From: Acidihalobacter yilgarnensis
GTDB taxonomy: Bacteria > Pseudomonadota > Gammaproteobacteria > DSM-5130 > Acidihalobacteraceae
Assembly: GCF_001753245.1 (NCBI RefSeq)
Contig: NZ_CP017415.1
Coordinates: 2,690,040 to 2,722,039, forward strand
Length of the DNA: 32,000 nt
Direction of reading: 5' to 3'
This document shows, in pieces, positions 8,319-17,060 of the stretch. Within the stretch, counting starts at the first letter, position 1; each line of letters opens with the position of its first letter. The notes beneath the pieces are model-generated. The model saw only the letters and a program-made list of their open reading frames with translations. It had not been told where the DNA came from and made no database searches. Made by a program: the position numbers and the translations under genes.

Positions 8319-9026
8319 ATGCCCTTGTCCGAATCAATCGTGATTGCCAGGCCCGAGGGGTCGCCCGGCCAGCTCATGCTGCTGTTTCATGGACTGGGCG
8401 CCACGCCGCAGGATATGAATCCGCTGGGGGAACGCCTCGCACGAGCTTATCCGCGGGCCTGCATCGTCAGCGTACGGGCGCCAGATCCTGGCGATTTCGG
8501 CTTCGGCTTCCAGTGGTTTTCGGCCCGTGAGCTGAGCGACGAACGCCGTGTGTCGCGCGTGGCCGCGGCCTTACCCGCCTTCACCGATACGATCCGCGAC
8601 TGGCAGTCGCGTACCGGGGCCGGCCCTCAGGAAACCGCGTTGATCGGCTTCTCGCAGGGCGCGATCATGGCACTGGAATGCGTGCGGGCACAGCCCGCGC
8701 TGGCCGGGCGCGTAGTGTCCATCGCCGGACGCTTCGCGCGTCTGCCGGAAGCGACCGACGAAGGCATTACCTGGTATTTCCTACACGGCAAGGACGATGC
8801 GGTCATCCACTATGGCTACACGGTGACCGCCGCCGAGCACTTGGTCGCCCTCGGCGGCGATGTGGTGGCCGATGTACTGCCCTTTGTCGGTCATGAGGTC
8901 AACGACGCGCTGGCCGATCTGCTGGTCGAACGTCTGACCCACCACGTGCCCAGGCGAACCTGGCAAGAGGCGCTGCGCGACGACGCTCCGCTCGCCCCCG
9001 GCGAGCCCGGCCGCGGCAACACCTGA
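8319..9026 (+). CDS. Alpha/beta-hydrolase esterase (phospholipase/carboxylesterase family, YpfH-like)
   Basis: ORF trimmed to the ATG at 8319 (MPLSESIVIARPEG...). The motifs LLFHGLGATPQDM, FQWFS and ALIGFSQGAIMALE (nucleophile elbow GFSQG), plus a late His (GHEV), fit this family. Confidence 0.8.
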   Translation: MPLSESIVIARPEGSPGQLMLLFHGLGATPQDMNPLGERLARAYPRACIVSVRAPDPGDFGFGFQWFSARELSDERRVSRVAAALPAFTDTIRDWQSRTGAGPQETALIGFSQGAIMALECVRAQPALAGRVVSIAGRFARLPEATDEGITWYFLHGKDDAVIHYGYTVTAAEHLVALGGDVVADVLPFVGHEVNDALADLLVERLTHHVPRRTWQEALRDDAPLAPGEPGRGNT

Positions 9027-9066
9027 CGAGAAGTCACCGGCGCAGGCCCAAGATCCCGAGCGAACG

Positions 9067-9810
9067 CTAGAGTCGCCCGGCCTCGATGATGCGCTTGAGG
9101 AATGCCCGTGTGCGCTCCTGCTGCGGGTCGCCGAAGATCTGCTCGGGCGGCCCCTCCTCGTAAACCACCCCCTCCTGCAGAAAGCAGACCTTGCTGGCGA
9201 CCTCGCGCGCGAAGCTCATTTCGTGAGTGGCGAGCAGCATAGTCATGCCCTGCTCGGCGAGGTCGCGCACGATATTGAGTACCTCGGAAACCAGCTCGGG
9301 ATCGAGCGCAGAGGTGATCTCGTCGAGCAGCAGCACCATCGGGTCCATCACCAGCGCGCGCACGATGGCCACGCGCTGCTGCTGGCCACCGGAGAGACGG
9401 TCGGGATAAGCACCGGCCTTGGCCTCCAAACCGATGCGTTTGAGCAGGGTCATGGCGCGCGCCTCGGCCTCGGCGCGGTTCATGCCGAGTACCTGGATGG
9501 GCGCGAGGGTGACGTTCTGCAACACCGTCATGTGCGGGAACAAGTTGAAGCTCTGGAACACGATGCCGATGTCGCGGCGCAAGGCATTGAGATCGACGCC
9601 GGGACCAGAGATGCGATCACCGTTGAGGCGGATTTCGCCGTCACTGATCGATTCGAGCCCGTTGAGGCAACGCAGCAAGGTGGATTTGCCACAGCCAGAG
9701 GGGCCAATCAGGCATACGACCTGATGCTCTTCAACATCCAGGTCGATACCGTTGAGGATCTGCAGGTCGCTGTAGCGCTTGACGACCCTGCGCATTTCGA
9801 GAAAGGACAT
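9067..9810 (-). CDS. Polar amino-acid ABC transporter ATP-binding protein
   Basis: Walker A GPSGCGKST, signature LSGGQQQRVAIVRAL, Walker B LLLDEITSALD and H-loop ATHEM. Length and overall sequence resemble GlnQ/ArtP/HisP-type proteins. Confidence 0.95.
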   Translation of the reverse strand: MSFLEMRRVVKRYSDLQILNGIDLDVEEHQVVCLIGPSGCGKSTLLRCLNGLESISDGEIRLNGDRISGPGVDLNALRRDIGIVFQSFNLFPHMTVLQNVTLAPIQVLGMNRAEAEARAMTLLKRIGLEAKAGAYPDRLSGGQQQRVAIVRALVMDPMVLLLDEITSALDPELVSEVLNIVRDLAEQGMTMLLATHEMSFAREVASKVCFLQEGVVYEEGPPEQIFGDPQQERTRAFLKRIIEAGRL

Positions 9811-9832
9811 GATTTAGGTACTCACTGGCGGG

Positions 9833-10939
9833 TCAACCCCGGCGCTGTTTGTCGCGCTCGATCAGCCGGTCCACGGCTCTCGCCTGCGGGATGGTGATGA
9901 GCACGAACAGGAATGCGACGGTGGTGACCGCGGACAAATTGAAGTCATTGCTGGCGATGATCTTGGCCTGATTGAAGGCATCGATCGCGCCGATCACGCT
10001 GACCAGCGCGGTGTCCTTCTGCAGGCTGATGAAGTTGTTGAGCAGCGGCGGAATCATGCGCCGCACCGCCTGCGGCACGACGACAAAGCGCAGGGTCTTG
10101 ACGTAGGACAGCCCCAGCGAGCGCGCGGCGGAGATCTGGCTTGGGTGGATGCTATCGATGCCTGCCCGGTAGACTTCTGCGTTGTAGGCGCCGTAGGTGA
10201 GCGATAACGAGATGATCGCCAGCCACACCAGGGGCAGATTACTCAGGAAGCCCAGCCCGGTGAGCGGCAGGCCGAAACCGACCAGATATAGCGTGATGAT
10301 CGCCGGCAGACCGCGAAAACCGTCGATGTAGGCGATGGCGAGCAGGCGGATCGGCCGTCCAGCGGCACCCGGTGCGAAGCGCGCGACCGCGACGAGTAAC
10401 GCCCAGACCAGCACGATCGCCTCGGCAGCGGTGAAGATGACCACGTTGAGCCAGAAGGCTTTGAGCACCAGCCAGAACGAGCTGATCATCAACGAGGTGT
10501 CGAAGAAGGTGCGCCCCACGGCCTCGTCGTTGGCGAGCACGAACAGCGCGATCAGCTGCACGATGATGAGGGCGACGGCGTAGCCAAATGTCACCCAGGC
10601 CCAGTCACGCGCATCGGAGCCGGCGACGCGGGCGCCGACGATGTCGCCCCTACGCAGTTTGGCGGTGGCGGCGAAGGCCCCACGCACGCCGCGCAGTGCC
10701 GGCAAAAACAGAGCGAGCGAAACGAGGGCAACCGCGAACAGCGCCGTCTCGCTCCATCCGCTGGCCAACCCAAGTTTATGCAGAATGCCCCGGATGAAAT
10801 CCACGACCCACCAGGTAGCGGCAACCGTGAGCGTGGCCGTTACGACGGCCGCTATCGTGAACCGGCGCTGATCCTTCGGTATCGCGTTGCGCTGCGTCGG
10901 GTGCGCCGACGCGGATCCGCCATCGATAAGCGTTGTCAT
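9833..10939 (-). CDS. Polar amino-acid ABC transporter permease (HEQRo family) with an extended N-terminal membrane region
   Basis: 368 aa, multi-TM. The conserved loop SAARSLGLSYVKTLRFVVVPQAVRRMIPPLLNNFISLQKDTALVSVIG is typical of this permease family. Confidence 0.9.
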   Translation of the reverse strand: MTTLIDGGSASAHPTQRNAIPKDQRRFTIAAVVTATLTVAATWWVVDFIRGILHKLGLASGWSETALFAVALVSLALFLPALRGVRGAFAATAKLRRGDIVGARVAGSDARDWAWVTFGYAVALIIVQLIALFVLANDEAVGRTFFDTSLMISSFWLVLKAFWLNVVIFTAAEAIVLVWALLVAVARFAPGAAGRPIRLLAIAYIDGFRGLPAIITLYLVGFGLPLTGLGFLSNLPLVWLAIISLSLTYGAYNAEVYRAGIDSIHPSQISAARSLGLSYVKTLRFVVVPQAVRRMIPPLLNNFISLQKDTALVSVIGAIDAFNQAKIIASNDFNLSAVTTVAFLFVLITIPQARAVDRLIERDKQRRG

Positions 10940-10988
10940 TGCGTCAATCCTGTCCTAATGCATGCGGCCATGTTGCAAACCCCATACG

Positions 10989-11030
10989 GAAAACGTCCGG
11001 CGCGACGGGCAAGGCCGCCGGACCGGACGT
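10989..11030 (-). terminator. Intra-operon intrinsic terminator/attenuator between the binding-protein and permease genes
   Basis: The minus strand reads ACGTCCGG..(loop)..CCGGACGT followed by TTTTCC. The stem is 8 bp and GC-rich, with an alternative register through the duplicated TCCGG. It lies in the 159-nt gap between the SBP stop (11099) and the permease start (10939). Confidence 0.55.
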
Positions 11031-11098
11031 CATTGTGGCGATAAAATCCAGTGCCCGGGTTCGCCCTGGCCGACAGGCACGCCGACCAGGACACGGGA

Positions 11099-11968
11099 TT
11101 AGTGGATCTTCCAGGTGGGCACGCTGTTGGGCGAGGCGCCCCAGGCAGCGGCCAGATACTGATCTGCCAGCTTCTTGAGCGTGCCATCCTTGATCAGCGA
11201 TTCGATGATGGTATTCATCGCCTTCTGGTTTTTCGAACCCTTGGGATAGAGCGCGCCATAGGTCTCGCCGGTGTCGTATTGACCGACCACCACGAGCCTG
11301 CCGTGGCTCTTGCCCTGCTGCGCGAGCACGATCGAGGTATCGGTCACGACCACCTGAATCTGGTGCGCCGCCAAGGCCGTGAACAGACCGGCTTCGCCGC
11401 TGAACTGGCGTGCGGGTTTGGCGGGCTTGATCTTGTCGGTCACGAAGGATGCGCCGGTGGAACCACCCTCGACGCCGATCAGCTTGTCGCGAATATTTTC
11501 AGGCGTGACGTGCTCGCCCTTGCGCACCAACACACCCATGGTGGACTCGAAGTAAGGCACCGAGAAGTCGACGACTTTCTTGCGCTTGTCGGTGATCGAA
11601 ATTTCCGACAGTGCGAGGTCGAAGTTTCGGGTCTGGCCGGCGACCAAGCCGTCCCAGGCTACATTCTTCACCTTTAGCTTCGGGATGCCGGCGCGATAGG
11701 CGATATTCGCAGCCATGCAGTATTCGTAACCGCTCTTGATGGTGTCCGGAGAATTGCCATTCCACCAGCCCGGCGCGGGCATGTTGACCTCAACCGTCAG
11801 CTGTCCCGGAATAACGGGCTTGAAAGGATGCGACGCCCACTTTCCCGTGACCTTGCATTCGCCGTAATGCACGTCGGCGGCAGCTGCGGTCTGCGCAACG
11901 CCCGCCATCAGTGCCGCCGCGGTAATACCAGCCCCCAATACAAACAAGCGACTCAGCCGATACATCAT
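11099..11968 (-). CDS. Polar amino-acid ABC transporter substrate-binding protein (family 3 SBP)
   Basis: Signal peptide MMYRLSRLFVLGAGITAAALMAGVAQTAAAA. The SBP_bac_3-like core is FDLALSEISITDKRKKVVDFSVPYF...GVEGGSTGASF. It is the first gene of the minus-strand ABC operon. Confidence 0.9.
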   Translation of the reverse strand: MMYRLSRLFVLGAGITAAALMAGVAQTAAAADVHYGECKVTGKWASHPFKPVIPGQLTVEVNMPAPGWWNGNSPDTIKSGYEYCMAANIAYRAGIPKLKVKNVAWDGLVAGQTRNFDLALSEISITDKRKKVVDFSVPYFESTMGVLVRKGEHVTPENIRDKLIGVEGGSTGASFVTDKIKPAKPARQFSGEAGLFTALAAHQIQVVVTDTSIVLAQQGKSHGRLVVVGQYDTGETYGALYPKGSKNQKAMNTIIESLIKDGTLKKLADQYLAAAWGASPNSVPTWKIH

Positions 11969-12582
11969 TCGATTTCTCCTAGTCAGATAAACTGTTGCCC
12001 CACGTATCCGGCACGCATCTCAACCACCCTGCGGGTGGCCCCCATCATTGCGTAAATGCCTGGATCGGGGAGCAATCGGCACCCGGCGCCCCCATTCCGT
12101 CACTGGCTGACGGCAAATGGCGACATCCCAAACGGGCGCCCCTTATATAGCAAAATACAAGCCAGGCCAAGGGTTGAAGCGCCTCTCCACCCAGAGAGGC
12201 ATTAGTATCAGTTATTCCAGCAGAGCGGCAAGCCCGCTGACGCACTCTTTTGGTGCCAGGCGCTCGGTGCGCACGAGAAATGCGCGCAATGGCATCGTAT
12301 ACGCCACCAGGCCCCCTATTGCAGTGAGGCGCACGCCGCGCGGTCTACTAACGCACAACCGCTGCATTCGAGTGTAATCGCTTGCGCCTTGCCTGCCGGC
12401 ACCCACGCCGGAGATCTCACGTCAACCGCTACGCGAGGCGCACGTGTCGCGGCCATACCCGTTTCAATCGAGAAAGCGGAAATAGCACACGCCAATAAAT
12501 ACATTTTTGTCGAACATAAAATACGACGCACAAAACCACCACCCGCCGCATCTACCAGACCCAATCCCTCCGTATTTGCTGC

Positions 12583-12596
12583 TTGACCTATATCAA
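12583..12596 (+). promoter_or_regulatory. FNR/DNR/NNR-type box 1 upstream of qNOR
   Basis: TTGACCTATATCAA matches the consensus TTGAT-N4-ATCAA at 9 of 10 positions. A possible -10 element TAGGAT at 12620..12625 would centre the box near -41.5/-42.5, as in a class II promoter. Confidence 0.55.
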
Positions 12597-12659
12597 GGAC
12601 GCCTACTTGTGAACCCCTCTAGGATCGCCTCACTCAGGCTCGCCGAAAGCGTACGCCCA

Positions 12660-12673
12660 CTGATAAATATCAA
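12660..12673 (+). promoter_or_regulatory. FNR/DNR/NNR-type box 2 upstream of qNOR
   Basis: CTGATAAATATCAA also matches TTGAT-N4-ATCAA at 9 of 10 positions. It lies 77 bp downstream of box 1, with its centre about 50 bp before the ATG at 12716. Confidence 0.4.
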
Positions 12674-12715
12674 GCACGAGCCTGACACACGTCACCTGGG
12701 ATACCGGAGGGAAAC

Positions 12716-15091
12716 ATGTCAGCAACTAGAATCGACACGCATTTAATGGCAGTACAAGACCCGGTGTACAAAATCCTAAAATGGTCGCTTTTAATCGTGG
12801 CCACAGTCACCTTCATCGCGTTGCTTTGGGGAACTTATCGCACTTATGAAGGTGCACCACCCATACCGGATAAATTCGTTACGCAAAACAGCGCTGTGAT
12901 CATGACATCGACGGATATCATCGCCGGGAAAGGCGGATTCCAACGCGCCGACCTCATGGATTATGGCAGTCTGTATGGCATGGGCTCCTATTATGGGGAA
13001 GATTACACCGCCGAATACTTAGTCCAGTTGGCTCAACGCACCGAAGCGGCGATTGCCCAGCGACAGTATGGCAAGCAACTCCAGGCGCTCGATCCTGCCC
13101 AGAATTACTTGATCAAAAAAGAGATGCAAAACCAGCTCAGAAATGTCCGCCTGGACATCTCGACCAGCGTCCTGCCGGATGATCTCGCCCAAGCGATACT
13201 GGGTCTCCGTACCGAAATCGCGCATAAATTGCTCTCCAACAATTTCTCCAAGGGCTGGACGGAAGCTCGCAGCCTCACCCCGAAAACAGCCTTGCAAACC
13301 GCCGATTTCCTGATTTATTCATCATTGACCACTGTATCGCGCAGACCTGACGGCACGTCGTCCTATACCAATAACTGGCCCTATGAACCGCTCGTCGGCA
13401 ACACCCCAACAACCGCGACCTTCATATGGACATGGGTATCGTTCATGTTCGTATTTCTCGGATTCGGCGCCGTGATTTTCATATACCACCGTTACCTGAG
13501 TACAGGCATCAAGGAATCGGTCGATCCCGCATCGGCAATCTTTCGCGGGTTCCATGCACTGACGCAGAGCCAACGGAAAACAGCCAAATATTTCTTGATT
13601 GTTGCATTGGTATTTCTGGTGCAAATAGGGGCCGGTATTCTCATGGCTCACGACTATGCCGACCGATCCAGTTTCTACGGCATCAATATTAATGGGCTGC
13701 TGCCGTTTGCATTTTTGCGCGATGTGCACATACAAACCCCTGTTGTCTGGATCGGCGTGTCCTGGATCGGCGCGGCATTATTTTTGGCGCCCATGATCAG
13801 CCGACGCGAGGCGCGTGGACAGGGGCGCCTCGTCGATCTGCTGTTCTGGGCTACCCTGATCGTCGTGGCCGGCGGCCTGATCGGCGACTATGCGGGCATC
13901 ATGGGCTGGGTGGGGCGCAGCTGGTTCTGGATCGGTAACCAGGGGCTGTCCTATCTCCAGTTTGGGCGTCTGTGGCAAATGGGCTTCTTTGCCGGATTGC
14001 TCCTCTGGACCCTGCTGGTATTTCGAGCGATGTGGCCTGAAAAAGGTCAATTTACCGAGACATTACGCGCCTTCGGTAGCGGTAACATACGCCTCGAACA
14101 TCTGCTCTGGGCCAGCACTGCGAACGTCGCAATTCTCTATGCGTTCGGCATGATTCCGCTCATGGGTATCGACAAGTCCTTCACGATCCAGGATTTCTGG
14201 CGCTGGTGGGTAGTGCATCTATGGGTCGAACAATCGTTCGAATTCTTTGCCGCCTGCGTGAGCGCCTACCTGCTGATGGCAACCGGGCTGGTTTCGAGAC
14301 TGACCGCGGAACGTACCGTACTCTTCGAGCTGATTCTGGTGTTCCTGGGTGGTGTCCTGGGCACTGGACATCACTGGTATTGGGCGGGCGAACCGAAGAT
14401 GTGGATTCCGCTCGGCAGCATGTTTTCGTTCATTGAGGTACTGCCTCTGCTGCTGATGGTCATCGAGGCCATCGAACAACGACAGATCATCCGTCGCGAA
14501 AAAGGCCGATTCCCCTATTCGCTGGCCTATGTCTACATTATCGGCGCGGCCTTCTGGAATTTCGTTGGCGCTGGGGTCTTCGGTGGCGGGACGCTCAATG
14601 CGCCATTGGTCAATTATTATGAACATGCCACCTTCCTGACGCTGAACCACGCACATACCGCGTTGTTCGGCGCCTTCGGCCTGCTCGGCATCGGCTTGAT
14701 CTATTTTTGCCTGCGCTATGCGGCGGGCGAAGATGCCCGCTGGAGCGATCGCATGGGCCTGTGGGCCTTCTGGCTTTACAACGCGGGCCTCGTATTGTGG
14801 ATCGTGCTCAATTTCTTCCCGATCGGCTGGGCACAACTCGCCGCCGTCTACGAGCACGGTTTGGCCTACGCACGCAGCGTCGCGTTCTACAACACCACAC
14901 TGCTATGGCAGTGGCTAAGATTCCCCGGCGATGTCGTATTTGCTGCCGGAGCCCTGCTGATGGCCTGGGATATCTTCACCAAGCTGAGGCCATTCACGAA
15001 GGATTTCGTCGCGCACAAGCACGCGCCAGGCATCACTTCACGCACGCACCCGGCTGAAACTGCGGCCGCTCATGACACAACTGGCCAGTAA
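12716..15091 (+). CDS. norB: Quinol-dependent nitric oxide reductase (qNOR, single-subunit NorB/NorZ type)
   Basis: 791 aa, with RBS GGAGGG 4 nt before the ATG. The N-terminal extension GKGGFQRADLMDYGSLYGMGSYYGEDYTAEYL is typical of qNOR. A 12-TM heme-copper oxidase core follows, with His ligand regions (GTGHHWYW, LNHAHTALFGAFG). Confidence 0.93.
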   Translation: MSATRIDTHLMAVQDPVYKILKWSLLIVATVTFIALLWGTYRTYEGAPPIPDKFVTQNSAVIMTSTDIIAGKGGFQRADLMDYGSLYGMGSYYGEDYTAEYLVQLAQRTEAAIAQRQYGKQLQALDPAQNYLIKKEMQNQLRNVRLDISTSVLPDDLAQAILGLRTEIAHKLLSNNFSKGWTEARSLTPKTALQTADFLIYSSLTTVSRRPDGTSSYTNNWPYEPLVGNTPTTATFIWTWVSFMFVFLGFGAVIFIYHRYLSTGIKESVDPASAIFRGFHALTQSQRKTAKYFLIVALVFLVQIGAGILMAHDYADRSSFYGININGLLPFAFLRDVHIQTPVVWIGVSWIGAALFLAPMISRREARGQGRLVDLLFWATLIVVAGGLIGDYAGIMGWVGRSWFWIGNQGLSYLQFGRLWQMGFFAGLLLWTLLVFRAMWPEKGQFTETLRAFGSGNIRLEHLLWASTANVAILYAFGMIPLMGIDKSFTIQDFWRWWVVHLWVEQSFEFFAACVSAYLLMATGLVSRLTAERTVLFELILVFLGGVLGTGHHWYWAGEPKMWIPLGSMFSFIEVLPLLLMVIEAIEQRQIIRREKGRFPYSLAYVYIIGAAFWNFVGAGVFGGGTLNAPLVNYYEHATFLTLNHAHTALFGAFGLLGIGLIYFCLRYAAGEDARWSDRMGLWAFWLYNAGLVLWIVLNFFPIGWAQLAAVYEHGLAYARSVAFYNTTLLWQWLRFPGDVVFAAGALLMAWDIFTKLRPFTKDFVAHKHAPGITSRTHPAETAAAHDTTGQ

Positions 15092-15106
15092 AACAAGGCG
15101 CTTAAG

Positions 15107-15148
15107 CTGGCGGCATACTCGGTGGTCCCTCCGTCGAGTGGCCGCCAG
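15107..15148 (+). terminator. Stem-loop downstream of norB (possible terminator or mRNA stabiliser; no U-tract)
   Basis: CTGGCGGC-AT-ACTCG [13-nt loop] CGAGT-G-GCCGCCAG gives 13 paired bases with a small bulge. It starts 16 nt after the stop codon. Confidence 0.35.
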
Positions 15149-15294
15149 CGATCCGGGGAGTGTCGGCTGGGCGAATCCGTAGACCGCGCCGCGCGCCACT
15201 GCAAGGGTGGCACCCGCCGACGCACCGGGACTCTGCGTACCGCCGGAGCGTCTTTTAACGGAACTATATCCACTCATCCAGGTCCGATTCGAGC

Positions 15295-16152
15295 ATGCTC
15301 GGCCTGCCCTATGATCGTCTCGTCTACCCCAACCCGCTGAATATCGACCCCGTCGCATTCAGCGTGGGGCCGTTGCAAGTGCACTGGTATGCCTTCGCGT
15401 ATCTCGTCGCCTTCGCACTCTATCTGCTGCTGGCAATACAGCGAGCAGGCAAGCCTGGTTTCGCACTCACGCGCAAACAGGCCGTGGAGGCATTGATACA
15501 CGGCGAGCTTGGCGCCTACCTGGGCGGGCGTATCGGTTACATCCTGTTCTACAACCTACCGCTCTACCTCGCCCATCCATTGCAGATATTCGCCGTTTGG
15601 GACGGCGGCATGAGTTTCCACGGCGGGCTGATCGGCGTCATTCTCGCGCTCGCCTGGGTGGCCCGGCAGGAACGCCTGCCGCTGATCGGCGTCACCGATT
15701 TCGTCGCCCCGCTGATTCCCCTCGGCCTCGCCGCAGGCCGTGTCGGCAACTTCATCAACGGCAATCTCTTCGGGCGCGTGTGTCACGGCGACCTCACTTG
15801 GTGCGCCTATTTCCCGCACGGCGGCGATGTCCTGCGTTATCCCTCCGAGTTGTTCGAGGGTATCGGCGAGGGCTTGGTGCTCTTCGCGATTCTGTGGACC
15901 TTCTCCAGACGTCCTCGGCCGGCTGGGGCCGTATCGGCGCTCTTCCTGCTCGCCTATGGCCTGATCCGGTTCATTCTGGAATTCTGGCGCCAACCGGACC
16001 CACAACTCGGCTTCGTCGCCTTCGGCTGGATGACCATGGGTCAGGTGCTATCCGTACCGATGATCGTGGCGGGCGGCTTCATGCTCTATGAGACCCTGCG
16101 CGCGCCAGCCAGACACCACGAACCCGTGGGTAACGCCAGCGAGCAGGGCTGA
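15295..16152 (+). CDS. lgt: Prolipoprotein diacylglyceryl transferase
   Basis: 285 aa. The motifs VHWYAFAYLVAF, GGRIGYILFYN, FHGGLIGV and GRVGNFINGNLFGR are Lgt signatures. Confidence 0.93.
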   Translation: MLGLPYDRLVYPNPLNIDPVAFSVGPLQVHWYAFAYLVAFALYLLLAIQRAGKPGFALTRKQAVEALIHGELGAYLGGRIGYILFYNLPLYLAHPLQIFAVWDGGMSFHGGLIGVILALAWVARQERLPLIGVTDFVAPLIPLGLAAGRVGNFINGNLFGRVCHGDLTWCAYFPHGGDVLRYPSELFEGIGEGLVLFAILWTFSRRPRPAGAVSALFLLAYGLIRFILEFWRQPDPQLGFVAFGWMTMGQVLSVPMIVAGGFMLYETLRAPARHHEPVGNASEQG

Positions 16153-16227
16153 CCGGCGGGGAATAACCGCATACCGCGGCTGCCAGCACGAGGTAAAATT
16201 CCGGATTCGTCCCCATCGCCTTCCAAC

Positions 16228-16707
16228 ATGCATACGCCCACCGCCAACCTGTCCGACAGATCCGCTCACTACGCCGCGCTGCTCGCCGGCGAGTATGACC
16301 TCGTTGCCAATGCCGCGAATCTCGCGGCGCTGATATTCGACGGACTGCCCGACCTCAACTGGGTCGGGTTGTACCGGTTCGACGGCGCAGAACTGCTGCT
16401 CGGGCCATTCCAAGGCAAACCCGCCTGTACGCGCATTCCGCTTGGCCAAGGCGTCTGCGGCACGGCCGCCTCGCAAGGACAAACCCCGATGGTCGCAGAC
16501 GTGCATGATTTTCCAGGTCACATCGCCTGCGACAGCGCCTCGCGCTCCGAAATCGTGGTGCCGCTGATGCACGCCGATGGCCACTTGCTCGGCGTCTGGG
16601 ACGTGGACAGCCCGCTGCGTACCCGCTTCGACGAAGCCGACCGCGTCGGCATGGAGGCCCTGTGCGCGGCCCTCGTTGAGGCCACGAATGGCGGTCACGG
16701 CGTATGA
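16228..16707 (+). CDS. msrC: GAF domain protein, free methionine-(R)-sulfoxide reductase type (YebR/MsrC-like)
   Basis: 159 aa. NWVGLYRF...LGPFQGKPACTRIPLGQGVCGTAA...DVHDFPGHIACDSASRSEIVVPL matches the fRMsr pattern, including the conserved Cys residues. Confidence 0.85.
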   Translation: MHTPTANLSDRSAHYAALLAGEYDLVANAANLAALIFDGLPDLNWVGLYRFDGAELLLGPFQGKPACTRIPLGQGVCGTAASQGQTPMVADVHDFPGHIACDSASRSEIVVPLMHADGHLLGVWDVDSPLRTRFDEADRVGMEALCAALVEATNGGHGV

Positions 16708-17021
16708 CGACGCGTAATCTGCTGACCAAATTACCCGGCGATGCCACCGCAGAGGCCTTCGAACATCTCGCGGGAAACGGCGCCGTACGCATCGAGCGCA
16801 TCGTCTCACGCGGCCAGCACGCACCAGAGACGGGCTGGTACGAACAGGATGGCGCGGAATGGGTGGCCGTGATCCAGGGCGAGGCCGTGCTCGCCTTCGA
16901 AGACGGCGAACACCTGCACCTGCGCCCCGGTGACTGGATCGATATCCCGGCGCTCAGACGGCACCGGGTCGAGTGGACCACCCCGGACACCGAAACCGTG
17001 TGGCTCGCCGTGCATTACTGA
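16704..17021 (+). CDS. Cupin domain-containing protein
   Basis: 105 aa. GEAVLAFEDGEHLHLRPGDWIDIPALRRHRV fits the cupin_2 motif. Its start overlaps the upstream stop (ATGA), which suggests translational coupling. Confidence 0.8.
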   Translation: MTTRNLLTKLPGDATAEAFEHLAGNGAVRIERIVSRGQHAPETGWYEQDGAEWVAVIQGEAVLAFEDGEHLHLRPGDWIDIPALRRHRVEWTTPDTETVWLAVHY

Positions 17022-17060
17022 GCCGCCACGCAAGACCGCCTTCCCAAACCTGGATGCCGA

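Noticed and set aside
7568-8337. Minus-strand ORFs of 214 and 198 aa antisense to ygiD
   Set aside because: They are Arg/Ala/Pro-rich with no motifs, and the opposite strand carries a strongly recognisable gene.
9223-9897. 224-aa plus-strand ORF antisense to the ABC ATPase
   Set aside because: The ATPase frame contains every canonical ABC motif. The antisense frame has none.
11051-11677. 208-aa plus-strand ORF antisense to the substrate-binding protein
   Set aside because: Same reasoning as for the other antisense ORFs. The minus-strand product has a signal peptide and an SBP fold pattern.
12028-12140. Structured leader of the ABC operon, considered as a known riboswitch class (glycine, glutamine, lysine, guanidine)
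   Set aside because: I could not match any consensus core that I remember for those classes. It is kept only as an unclassified structured-leader candidate.
12316-12564. 82-aa minus-strand ORF (or a 62-aa version starting MYLLACAIS...) in the long intergenic gap
   Set aside because: It has a weak signal-peptide look, but its third-position GC is clearly lower than in neighbouring genes. It has no RBS and no motif.
14219-14857. 212-aa minus-strand ORF inside norB
   Set aside because: It is antisense to a 791-aa heme-copper oxidase family gene and has no features of its own.
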